This document shows, one piece after another, positions 9,013-18,080 of a stretch of 32,000 nt of DNA (position 1 is its first letter; each line of letters starts with the position of its first letter). The stretch comes from Pseudoalteromonas tetraodonis (GTDB taxonomy: Bacteria > Pseudomonadota > Gammaproteobacteria > Enterobacterales > Alteromonadaceae): assembly GCF_002310835.1 (NCBI RefSeq), contig NZ_CP011041.1, positions 2,160,001 to 2,192,000 on the forward strand, given 5' to 3'. Position numbers and translations under genes: made by a program. The notes beneath the pieces were generated by a model. The model was given only the letters and a program-made list of their open reading frames with translations. It was not told the DNA's origin and did no database searches.

Positions 9013-9381
9013 TTAAAACTTAAATCGTGCAACTTGCACTAAAATAACTATCCAACCAATAATAAAGCACAGCCCACCCAAGGGGGTAATTGGGCCCAGC
9101 CACTTCAACCCTGTTAAGGCCAATAAGTATAAGCTGCCACTAAATAACAATGTACCGGCAATAAAAAAACCACCCGCCATGCTGAGGTGCATACCCCACT
9201 TAATTAAAATAGCCACTGCAATTAACGCCAGCCCATGTACCATTTGATACTCAGCGGCGGTTTTAAAAATATCAATGGAGTACTCTGATAAACGACTTTT
9301 CAGACCATGAGCAGCAAATGCGCCCAGTATCACTGAAAGCATGCAAAAAAAGCTGCCTGCTAATAAAAATAGTTTAATCAT
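9013..9381 (-). CDS. ygdD: DUF423 small inner-membrane protein (YgdD-like), 122 aa
   Basis: Four hydrophobic helices. 'AFAAHGL' and 'YQMVHGLAL' are typical of DUF423. Lies in the conserved position between gcvA and rlmM, as in E. coli. Confidence 0.8.
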   Translation of the reverse strand: MIKLFLLAGSFFCMLSVILGAFAAHGLKSRLSEYSIDIFKTAAEYQMVHGLALIAVAILIKWGMHLSMAGGFFIAGTLLFSGSLYLLALTGLKWLGPITPLGGLCFIIGWIVILVQVARFKF

Positions 9382-10030
9382 GTTTATCCTCTTTTAAATT
9401 TTCAAGCGTATTCTTTATAAAGCTTGCTGCCTGTATTGCCGCAGCATTCAGGTTTTGTTGCTCAGTCACGCCACTTTTTTTACGCGGTTTTAGTGAGTGG
9501 TCACCATCCGTTAACCATACATACTTTGGCTGCTTTGGCATGGCCATTGTGGCAAGCTCTTCGCGGGTGCCAAAGGTATCCCTTTCCCCCTGTAATACTA
9601 AAAAAGGACACGGTATGTCTGCAAAATGATCTGTACGCAGTTTTTCTGGCTTGCCCGGAGGATGAAACGGATAACCAAACGCAAGCACACCTAAAACAGG
9701 ATGAGAGGTCGAACAGGCAAGCATCGATGCCATGCGCCCGCCCATTGATTTACCCCCTATAAATAGCGGTAAATTTGCATCAGCTTGAGTCACTATATGT
9801 TCAAAATAAGTAAGTAGTTTAGGCGCTCGCTCTGGTGGGCGACGTTTGTTAGTTTGTTTAGCAATTTGCATATATTCAAAATCAAACAAGCCAACGTCAA
9901 TACCGTACTCACTGAGTTGTTTAGCCATGATTTGCATAAACTCAGAATCACTGCCAGCCCCTGCGCCATGAGCAAATATAAACTGTGCGATTGCCGGTTG
10001 CTGACTACTTCTAACCCATTCGATGCTCAT
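9374..10030 (-). CDS. Small alpha/beta-fold hydrolase (dienelactone-hydrolase/KANL3-like), 218 aa
   Basis: Nucleophile elbow 'GGKSMGG' (G-x-S-x-G), acidic 'QGERD', and 'DGDHS' histidine give a plausible Ser-Asp-His triad. Its start overlaps the gcvA stop, and its stop overlaps the ygdD start. Confidence 0.75.
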   Translation of the reverse strand: MSIEWVRSSQQPAIAQFIFAHGAGAGSDSEFMQIMAKQLSEYGIDVGLFDFEYMQIAKQTNKRRPPERAPKLLTYFEHIVTQADANLPLFIGGKSMGGRMASMLACSTSHPVLGVLAFGYPFHPPGKPEKLRTDHFADIPCPFLVLQGERDTFGTREELATMAMPKQPKYVWLTDGDHSLKPRKKSGVTEQQNLNAAAIQAASFIKNTLENLKEDKHD

Positions 10031-10926
10031 TAATATTCTTGCTCCTGCTCAACTAAACTTAACATCCAGTCTTTAAACGATACAATTTTGCCTAACTCAT
10101 TTTGTGACTCACGGATCACTAAGTAATAGGCATTTTTACTCTCTAAACTGTGATTGAACGGGATCACTAAACGTCCTGCATCAATATCTGGTTTTGCTAG
10201 TACGCTGTTACCAATTGCAACACCTTGGCCATGTACCGCAGCTTGTAACACCATAGAAGAATGACTAAATATAGGTCCTTGGTTAACTTGTACATTACGT
10301 ACGCCGGCGGTTTTCATCCAGGTTTTCCAGTTTTTACGGGTGGTGTCATGTAGCAAGGTATGGTTTGCTAAATCACTGGGTTGGTTAAGCGCTCTGGGGC
10401 CATTTAACAGTAACGGGCTACATAACGGCACTAAATACTCAGTGTGCAGTTTATAGGCTTGCACCCCACTCCAATGACCGCGACCATAATAAATTGAGAT
10501 ATCAACATCGTCTGTTAACGAGTTTTCATCCTGATCTTGGGCTTTAATTCGCACATCAATTTCTGGGTGTAATTCGTTAAATAAGCTCAATCGAGGAATG
10601 AGCCATTGAATCGCAAAACTGGGGGTTAAACTTACGGTTAACGAGCCTTTGGCACCACGGGCTAGTAGCTTTTCAGTTGCATCTATTAGCTGAGTAAAAA
10701 TCTCTTTAATATCTAAAAAGTAACCTTGGCCTTCTTCGGTTAATAATAACGAGCGATTTTTACGTAAAAACAGCTTTAAGCCTAAATGCTCTTCAAGCGT
10801 TTTTATTTGATGACTCACCGCAGCTTGCGTGACATACAACTCTTCTGCGGCTTTAGTAAAGCTTAAATGACGTGCTGCAGCTTCAAAAGCTTTCAGCGCG
10901 TTTAATGGAGGAACTCGTCTTGACAT
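10030..10926 (-). CDS. gcvA: LysR-family glycine-cleavage system transcriptional activator GcvA
   Basis: Near-collinear with E. coli GcvA ('PPLNALKAFEAAARHLSFTKAAEELYVTQAAVSHQIKTLEEHLGLKLF', 'QGPIFSHSSMVLQAAVHGQGVA'). Start set at 'MSRRVPPLNAL', the 4th codon of the track ORF, by alignment to E. coli 'MSKRLPPLNAL'. Confidence 0.9.
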   Translation of the reverse strand: MSRRVPPLNALKAFEAAARHLSFTKAAEELYVTQAAVSHQIKTLEEHLGLKLFLRKNRSLLLTEEGQGYFLDIKEIFTQLIDATEKLLARGAKGSLTVSLTPSFAIQWLIPRLSLFNELHPEIDVRIKAQDQDENSLTDDVDISIYYGRGHWSGVQAYKLHTEYLVPLCSPLLLNGPRALNQPSDLANHTLLHDTTRKNWKTWMKTAGVRNVQVNQGPIFSHSSMVLQAAVHGQGVAIGNSVLAKPDIDAGRLVIPFNHSLESKNAYYLVIRESQNELGKIVSFKDWMLSLVEQEQEY

Positions 10927-11003
10927 GGCAACCAAGCTTAGAATTAGTTTTTCTTATGCGGTGAATTATATACCTATGCTAGGAAAGAGTATATTCAAGC
11001 CAT

Positions 11004-11029
11004 AAAAAAAGCGACCTAAGTCGCTTTTT
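11004..11029 (-). terminator. Rho-independent terminator after kdsA
   Basis: aaaaaaa-GCGAC-ctaa-GTCGC-ttttt. On the minus strand the hairpin is followed by a 7-nt T-run, 17 nt past the kdsA stop. Confidence 0.7.
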
Positions 11030-11045
11030 AAAGTGCTAATCAACT

Positions 11046-11909
<864 letters not shown>

Positions 11910-13163
11910 TTATGGTGCAACTGCTTGCATCATTAATCCACAAATATACGCCATATATGTACCTACACCATAGCCAAGTACAGCTAATAATACGCCGACC
12001 GGTGCCAGTGACGGATGAAATGCAGCGGCCACAACAGGGGCAGACGCTGCGCCACCTACATTGGCCTGTGAGCCAACAGCCATATAAAATAACGGCGCTT
12101 TAATTAATTTAGCCACAATGAGCATTAAGCTTGCGTGAGTTAACATCCAAATTGCACCAATAACAAAATACATCGGTGAATCAAAAATCGCCATTACATT
12201 CATATGCAGGCCAATCGATGCCACTAAAATATACAAAAAGGCTGACGCCACTTTCGATGAACCAAACGCCTCAATATGGCGTACTTTGGTAAACGATAAG
12301 CAAATACCTATCGTCGTTGATATAACAATAAGCCAAAAGAACTTACTGTTTAAACTGTATTCTTTTGCCCACGCATAATTATTGGCAAAGAAGGGCCCTA
12401 AAATATCTGCACAAAAGTGCGCTAAACCGGTAATACCAAAGGCAATAGCAATAATCATCATGTAATCATTTAGCGTTGGCATACGCGCATGCTCTGCATG
12501 GTATTTTTCAACACGTTGCTTTAAGTCTTCAATCGCGGTGGTATCTGCACCGGCTTTAGCGTCAATCGCTTTATGATTAGCTGCCATTAATAATAATACT
12601 GCCATCCATAAATTAGCCACTATCACATCCACGGTGACCATGGCTGAGAAAATATCGCCACCCACTTCAAACATTTCTTTCATAGATGCTTGGTTTGCAC
12701 CGCCACCAATCCAGCTACCTGCAATGGTTGTCATACCACGCCAAACAGCGTCAGGGCCATGTCCCCCTACCGCTTCTGGATAAACAGCACTCATTATTAA
12801 AATAGCTAATGGGCCACCAATCACAATACCTACGGTGCCGGTTAAAAACATAATTAATGCTTTAGGACCTAAATTAATAATCGCTTTTAAATCAATACTG
12901 ATGGTAAGCAAAATTAAACACGCTGGCAGTAAATATCGCGAAGCGACGTAATACACGTTAGATTGAGAACCATCAACAATACCAAAGGTATTTAACAATG
13001 ACGGCAAAAAATAACACAGCAATAATGCCGGTACATATTTATAAAATGCCACAAGACCTGGGCGTTGACTATTTGAGGTTTTGAAAATAAACCCTAAAAT
13101 AATCGCCAATAAACCAAGTACAACGGCATCATTGGTAATTAATGCAGTTTGGGGATCAGCCAT
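11910..13163 (-). CDS. DUF819 (YjcL-like) polytopic membrane protein, 417 aa
   Basis: About 11-12 hydrophobic helices. 'GSWIGGGANQASM ... VTVDVIVANLWMAVLLL' and C-terminal 'GSQANVGGAASAP' match my recollection of the B. subtilis YjcL/DUF819 motifs. Function unknown. Confidence 0.7.
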   Translation of the reverse strand: MADPQTALITNDAVVLGLLAIILGFIFKTSNSQRPGLVAFYKYVPALLLCYFLPSLLNTFGIVDGSQSNVYYVASRYLLPACLILLTISIDLKAIINLGPKALIMFLTGTVGIVIGGPLAILIMSAVYPEAVGGHGPDAVWRGMTTIAGSWIGGGANQASMKEMFEVGGDIFSAMVTVDVIVANLWMAVLLLMAANHKAIDAKAGADTTAIEDLKQRVEKYHAEHARMPTLNDYMMIIAIAFGITGLAHFCADILGPFFANNYAWAKEYSLNSKFFWLIVISTTIGICLSFTKVRHIEAFGSSKVASAFLYILVASIGLHMNVMAIFDSPMYFVIGAIWMLTHASLMLIVAKLIKAPLFYMAVGSQANVGGAASAPVVAAAFHPSLAPVGVLLAVLGYGVGTYMAYICGLMMQAVAP

Positions 13164-13184
13164 AACATTTCCTATTTTTTATTC

Positions 13185-14012
13185 TTAGTGGTGAGTTTTA
13201 TGATTGTCTTCAAGTTCTTCAATTTGATGTAGAATGATTTCAATAGCAGGATCATCAGGACATTCATCAACAAAAAACTGTAAATCATCTCGTGCCATTT
13301 TAGGGCATCCAAGCTGATTTAGTAAATAACCTCTGTCGCGTCGCTCATAGGGATCATCACCTAACATTTCCATTAATAAATCGACGCAAGTTAATGCATG
13401 ACCAAATTTATTTTCACTAATGAAAGACCATTTTTGCTGCGCTAAAAATAATTTATACACTTCGTCTTCAAAAATAAGCTCTAAAGGCTCTTGTTCTTGA
13501 GGATTTTCTTCATCAATATTTTCAGGAATGATGTACCAACTTTGTTGGCCACTGCTAGGGTCGACAAGATAACCCTCTTCATCACTCATTGCGACGTGAA
13601 TGCCCACTTCGCCTTGAGTTATGCTTACACTGGCATCGAGTTTAGCATGCTGTAAAAAGTGGCATAACAAAATAGCTAAGGTTGTCGGTGTGCCACTGCG
13701 CATAGACAAGGTGTAGCTGATGCTATTTAACTTATACTCAGGAACTTTCAAGCTTGATGCACTAAATAGCCACTCACTATAAAAGCTATCAAGTAGTTTA
13801 TCTAGGCGATCGTGTTCGTCCGGCATCTGCTGACAAATAGACTCTATTTGCTGCTCAAACGCAGTAAGTATTTCAAGACTTGGTGTTAAGTCTATTTGAG
13901 GATCCCATTTAGCTTCCGCTTTGATACAACGATATATAGCCGGCGGCAAAAAATCATCGTAAGCATCTTCTATATAAGATTCATCGTGTTCATCAAACCC
14001 GAGGGTGGTCAT
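13185..14012 (-). CDS. sirB1: SirB1 (YchA-like) transglutaminase-like/TPR protein, 275 aa
   Basis: C-terminal 'DPYERRDRGYLLNQLGCPKMARDDLQFFVDECPDDP' resembles E. coli YchA. Lies in the conserved position between sirB2 and kdsA. Confidence 0.75.
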   Translation of the reverse strand: MTTLGFDEHDESYIEDAYDDFLPPAIYRCIKAEAKWDPQIDLTPSLEILTAFEQQIESICQQMPDEHDRLDKLLDSFYSEWLFSASSLKVPEYKLNSISYTLSMRSGTPTTLAILLCHFLQHAKLDASVSITQGEVGIHVAMSDEEGYLVDPSSGQQSWYIIPENIDEENPQEQEPLELIFEDEVYKLFLAQQKWSFISENKFGHALTCVDLLMEMLGDDPYERRDRGYLLNQLGCPKMARDDLQFFVDECPDDPAIEIILHQIEELEDNHKTHH

Positions 14013-14143
14013 TCATACTACAACATTCTAGAAAACGAAGAAGTAGTTTACCTAATTTTAAAGCTAGATACCAATAATCAGAAATGAATTGAAGAGGTAA
14101 GCTTTACACCTTTGGTGTGCAAAGCTTAAATAGGCATTGTTAA

Positions 14144-14518
14144 TTATAACAACAGCGGGGCTTTAGCTGTTGCTAAGTAACCAATAGCTAAAATAACAGC
14201 GGTGTTAAGTACTAAAAATACGATTTTTGGAACGGTTGTCGTTTGTTTAGCGCTAATAATACCCACAACAATATAAACGATAACTAGAATAATTTTTTCT
14301 AATAACCAAAGCTGCTCTAATGGGTTTATTTTAGCCATTGCCATTAAACCGATGGCTGAGACAATCAATAAAGTGTCTATACTGTGGCTACCAATAAAAA
14401 CCAATTTATTTTTGGCAAGGCTGCCACTGCCCATACGAGAAAAAGAACGTACGTAAAATAAAATAATACTCACTAGCGCAATGGCCATGTGTGAGTGTTT
14501 TAATGCTAAATAATCCAT
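14144..14518 (-). CDS. sirB2: SirB2 (YchQ-like) small membrane protein, 124 aa
   Basis: Four hydrophobic helices, size and position as for E. coli ychQ downstream of prmC. Begins 'LKHSHMAIALVS'. Confidence 0.7.
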   Translation of the reverse strand: MDYLALKHSHMAIALVSIILFYVRSFSRMGSGSLAKNKLVFIGSHSIDTLLIVSAIGLMAMAKINPLEQLWLLEKIILVIVYIVVGIISAKQTTTVPKIVFLVLNTAVILAIGYLATAKAPLLL

Positions 14519-14536
14519 ATGTATTGTTACTTCTGT

Positions 14537-16093
14537 TTAGTTATGTGTTTTGTCAGGAAAGCGTAAAAGTACCGCTTCGAGGTCTTCAAGTTTATCATTA
14601 AATACATCAACAAGTTTAGGGTCAAAATGCGTTCCTTTATTTGCGTTTATCTCCGCAACCGCTTCTTCAAGTGTCCACGCACCTTTATAACAACGTTTAT
14701 GGCGCAGTGCATCATACACGTCAGCCAATGCCACTATTCTGGCAAAAATATCAATACGCTCCCCCTTTAATCCACTAGGGTAACCAGATCCATCCCACTT
14801 TTCGTGGTGCTGCTGTGCGATTAATGCCCCTGCGCTGACTATTTTACGCGGTGAATCTTTCAAAATAGCATAGCCTTTTCCAGCATGAGTTTTCATAACT
14901 TCCCACTCTTCGCTATTTAACTTGCCAGGCTTATTTAAAATTGCATCCGGAATACCTATTTTACCCACATCATGTAAAGGCGATGCAAAGCGAATTAAAT
15001 TCGCTTGCTCTTCAGATAACCCGTAGGCTAATGCTAATTCATAACAAATATAAGCAACCCGTTTTACATGATTACCCGTTTCGCACGAGCGCTGTTCAAC
15101 GGCTTCACTTAAACGATAAACAAGCTCTTGTTGTGTGGCTTCAACTTCAGTGTGTAACTGCACATTTTCAAATGCCAACTGCACATTTTGAGAAAAGATT
15201 TCAATTAGGTTTCGTTGTGTATCCGTCAACTTTGACGGCACACCTGATACAAACAACATTGAATTATGGTTAAATTTACTGCTGCAATAAGCAAACAAGT
15301 AATCATCTCTGTACACAATTGCTTTGTTAGCAAGGGCCTCTTGGCACGCTAACAGTTGGTCTTCTGCTAGTACGGTTTCTAGCTCTTCTCCCTCGCGCTT
15401 AGCAAAATCGCCGGTACCAGAGCAAACAATCAGTTTTTTATTCATCTCCTCTGACGGATTTTGTGCAACTAAGGTGGTGGCATACATGGCTTCATCAGCA
15501 ACGTTTAGTAAAGAAGTAAGCTGCTGCATCACGCCTTCAATAAAGTTATCCATTGAATGGGTTGCAAAAATATTGCGCGAAGCGGTGATTATTTTTTCTA
15601 GCCCTTCACGCGATTGCTCAATCGAAATAATATCGCGATAAGAGCGAAGACTTGCCATCATAACGGTAAATAATTTTTGTGCGGTGAGTTCAGTTTTAGA
15701 TTTATAGTCATTAATATCGTAATTTACGATTACTTGGCGCTCGGGTGCTTGGCCTGGCTGCCCGGTTCGTAGAATAATGCGAATATAATTATTTTTAACG
15801 GTATCACGAATGTATTTTGCTACTTGCAAACCCGCATCGTCTGTTTCCATAACAACATCGAGCAGGATGATGGCCGCATCAGGATGATCATCAATCAACT
15901 TTTTCGCTTCTGCGCCGGAATAAGCACTAATAAACTCCAAGCGTCTATCTTGAAACTTAAAATCACTCAACGCTAAACGCGTAACAGCATGAACCTCGGG
16001 TTCATCATCAACAATTAGAACTTTCCATGTTCCTTGCTCTTCACTTACTACTTCAGGTGGTTGTTCATTTGAAAATAAAAAATCTTCCATCAC
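14537..16093 (-). CDS. Response regulator: REC - DUF3369-like linker - HD-GYP c-di-GMP phosphodiesterase
   Basis: REC: 'VLIVDDEPE', phospho-acceptor 'ILLDVVME', 'ILRTGQPG', 'DYKSK'. HD-GYP: 'LHDVGKIGIPD', 'HHEKWDGSGYP', 'ADVYDAL'. Start is uncertain among GTG 16093 (AAGGA 7 nt upstream), ATG 16090 and the track ATG 16126. Confidence 0.88.
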   Translation of the reverse strand: MMEDFLFSNEQPPEVVSEEQGTWKVLIVDDEPEVHAVTRLALSDFKFQDRRLEFISAYSGAEAKKLIDDHPDAAIILLDVVMETDDAGLQVAKYIRDTVKNNYIRIILRTGQPGQAPERQVIVNYDINDYKSKTELTAQKLFTVMMASLRSYRDIISIEQSREGLEKIITASRNIFATHSMDNFIEGVMQQLTSLLNVADEAMYATTLVAQNPSEEMNKKLIVCSGTGDFAKREGEELETVLAEDQLLACQEALANKAIVYRDDYLFAYCSSKFNHNSMLFVSGVPSKLTDTQRNLIEIFSQNVQLAFENVQLHTEVEATQQELVYRLSEAVEQRSCETGNHVKRVAYICYELALAYGLSEEQANLIRFASPLHDVGKIGIPDAILNKPGKLNSEEWEVMKTHAGKGYAILKDSPRKIVSAGALIAQQHHEKWDGSGYPSGLKGERIDIFARIVALADVYDALRHKRCYKGAWTLEEAVAEINANKGTHFDPKLVDVFNDKLEDLEAVLLRFPDKTHN

Positions 16094-16145
16094 AAAGAGT
16101 TCCTTAAAACATATGCAAACAAACAACGGGGCTATTTTTAATAAG

Positions 16146-16985
16146 TTAAGGCCATTGTCCGAAAGTTACGCGGTCATTATTACCAAGATCTTTCACTGTG
16201 CTTACATTTATAAACGCCATTTGGTTGAATATATGGCGAACAGCTGCACTTTGCTCAAATCCGTGTTCAATTAAAAGATAGCCATTAGAATGTAAATAGT
16301 CACGTGATTGTGTAATTATTTGTTTAATATCAGCTAATCCAGCATCATCTGCAACCAATGCAGACAAAGGCTCAAAGCGCACATCACCTTGGTGCAAGTG
16401 TTTATCGTTATATTCTATATAGGGAGGGTTGGTTACAATTAGATCAAATTTTTTATTATTTAACGCGCTAAACCAATTGCTTTGTTCAACACACACATTA
16501 TTTATCGCTAATCGTTTTTGATTACGTTTGGCCAGTGCCACCGCATCATCAATACGATCAACGGCAATAATATCCCATGTAGGCATTTCACTACCAAGCG
16601 CAAGTGCAATTGCTCCAGTGCCTGTGCCCAAATCGAGCACTTTGGCGTCATTTGGTACATTACATGAAAGCGCAAGCTCGACTAAGGTTTCTGTATCAGG
16701 GCGAGGAATGAGTGTTGTTGGATTTACTTCAAGCTGTAAACTCCAAAACTCACGATACCCTGTAATGTGCGAAACAGGCTCGCCGTTTAAACGACGCTCA
16801 CATGCACGCTCAAACGCTTGTGATTGCTCATCCGTTAATTGTTTTTCTGGCCAAGTAAATAAATAACTACGTGGCTTTTGTAAAATATTAAGCAGTAGTA
16901 CTTGAGCATCTAACTTTGCGCTATCACTACTTGATGCTAATAAATTAGCACCGGTAGTAATAGCGTTTTCAACAGTGAGGTTCAC
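16146..16985 (-). CDS. prmC: Release-factor glutamine N5-methyltransferase PrmC (HemK), 279 aa
   Basis: SAM motif 'VLDLGTGTGAIALAL' and catalytic 'VTNPPYI'. Starts 2 nt after the prfA stop, as in the E. coli hemA-prfA-prmC operon. Confidence 0.93.
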   Translation of the reverse strand: MNLTVENAITTGANLLASSSDSAKLDAQVLLLNILQKPRSYLFTWPEKQLTDEQSQAFERACERRLNGEPVSHITGYREFWSLQLEVNPTTLIPRPDTETLVELALSCNVPNDAKVLDLGTGTGAIALALGSEMPTWDIIAVDRIDDAVALAKRNQKRLAINNVCVEQSNWFSALNNKKFDLIVTNPPYIEYNDKHLHQGDVRFEPLSALVADDAGLADIKQIITQSRDYLHSNGYLLIEHGFEQSAAVRHIFNQMAFINVSTVKDLGNNDRVTFGQWP

Positions 16986-16987
16986 GA

Positions 16988-18073
16988 TTAATCGTCGCCC
17001 ATCGCTGCTAATAAGTCGGCCTGATGCTCTTGCATTAGCGGCTCAACCACAGCGCCTAAATCACCAGCTACCACTTCGTTTAAACGATAAAGCGTTAAGT
17101 TAATACGGTGATCGGTAATACGTCCCTGCGGATAGTTGTATGTGCGAATACGCTCAGAACGATCGCCACTGCCCACTAAATTACGACGTTCAGACGCCTC
17201 AGCAGCATGACGTTTTTCATCTTCAGCCTGTTGCAAACGCGCTGCCAATACCGACATCGCTTTTGCACGGTTTTTATGTTGAGAACGCTCATCTTGACAC
17301 TCAACCACAACACCGGTTGGTAAATGAGTAATACGAATGGCAGAGTCGGTTTTATTAACGTGCTGTCCACCCGCGCCCGATGCTCTAAAGGTATCAACTT
17401 TAATATCGGCGGTATTAATTTCTATGGCTTCGGCTTCTGGCACTTCAGCCATGACAGCAACAGTACAGGCTGAGGTATGTACACGCCCTTGTGACTCAGT
17501 TTCTGGGACGCGCTGTACACGGTGCACGCCTGATTCAAATTTTAATTGCCCATACACACCTTCACCGCTGATGTTAGCAATTACTTCTTTGTAGCCGCCA
17601 TGTTCACCTTCGTTGGTCGTCACAACTTCTACTTTCCATTTTTTTGTTTCTGCGTAGCGGCTGTACATTCTAAACAAGTCGCCAGCAAAAATAGCGGCCT
17701 CGTCGCCCCCTGTTCCGGCGCGAACTTCTAAAAACACGTTGTTATTGTCTTTCGGATCTTTAGGCAACATAAGCACTTGAATGTCGTCTTCTAAAGTCGA
17801 AATTTGTGCTTTTGCTTCTTTATATTCTTCTTGTGCCATTTCGCGCATTTCAGGATCTGAATCTTTTAGCATTTCTTCAGCGCTACTCAAGTCTTCTTGT
17901 GCTTGCTGGTATGCTAAAAACGTTTTCACCACTTCTTCAAGCTCAGAGTATTCTTTTGAAAGAGTACGAAAGCGGTTTTGATCACTAATGACCGATGGGT
18001 CACTTAGTAGCGCTTGAACTTCTTCATAGCGCTCAACTAAGGTTTCTAATTTACGATAAACGGACTCTTTCAT
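16988..18073 (-). CDS. prfA: Peptide chain release factor 1, 361 aa
   Basis: '[18 protein letters not shown]' (PxT recognition loop), '[23 protein letters not shown]' (GGQ). Collinear with E. coli RF1. Confidence 0.98.
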   Translation of the reverse strand: MKESVYRKLETLVERYEEVQALLSDPSVISDQNRFRTLSKEYSELEEVVKTFLAYQQAQEDLSSAEEMLKDSDPEMREMAQEEYKEAKAQISTLEDDIQVLMLPKDPKDNNNVFLEVRAGTGGDEAAIFAGDLFRMYSRYAETKKWKVEVVTTNEGEHGGYKEVIANISGEGVYGQLKFESGVHRVQRVPETESQGRVHTSACTVAVMAEVPEAEAIEINTADIKVDTFRASGAGGQHVNKTDSAIRITHLPTGVVVECQDERSQHKNRAKAMSVLAARLQQAEDEKRHAAEASERRNLVGSGDRSERIRTYNYPQGRITDHRINLTLYRLNEVVAGDLGAVVEPLMQEHQADLLAAMGDD

Positions 18074-18080
18074 TTAACTG

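Noticed and set aside
10927-11045. Possible GcvB small RNA divergent from gcvA, as in enterics, using the hairpin at 11004-11029 as its terminator
   Set aside because: Only ~119 nt are available between the gcvA start and the kdsA stop, which is too short for a promoter plus a GcvB-sized RNA. I see no G/U-rich R1-type seed region. The hairpin is fully explained as the kdsA terminator.
17498-17506. RF1 stop-codon recognition tripeptide reads P-E-T instead of the E. coli P-A-T
   Set aside because: The middle position of the PxT motif is known to vary (for example PVT in Thermus). The surrounding loop 'RVQRVPxTESQGR' and the GGQ motif are intact, so there is no reason to infer altered decoding.
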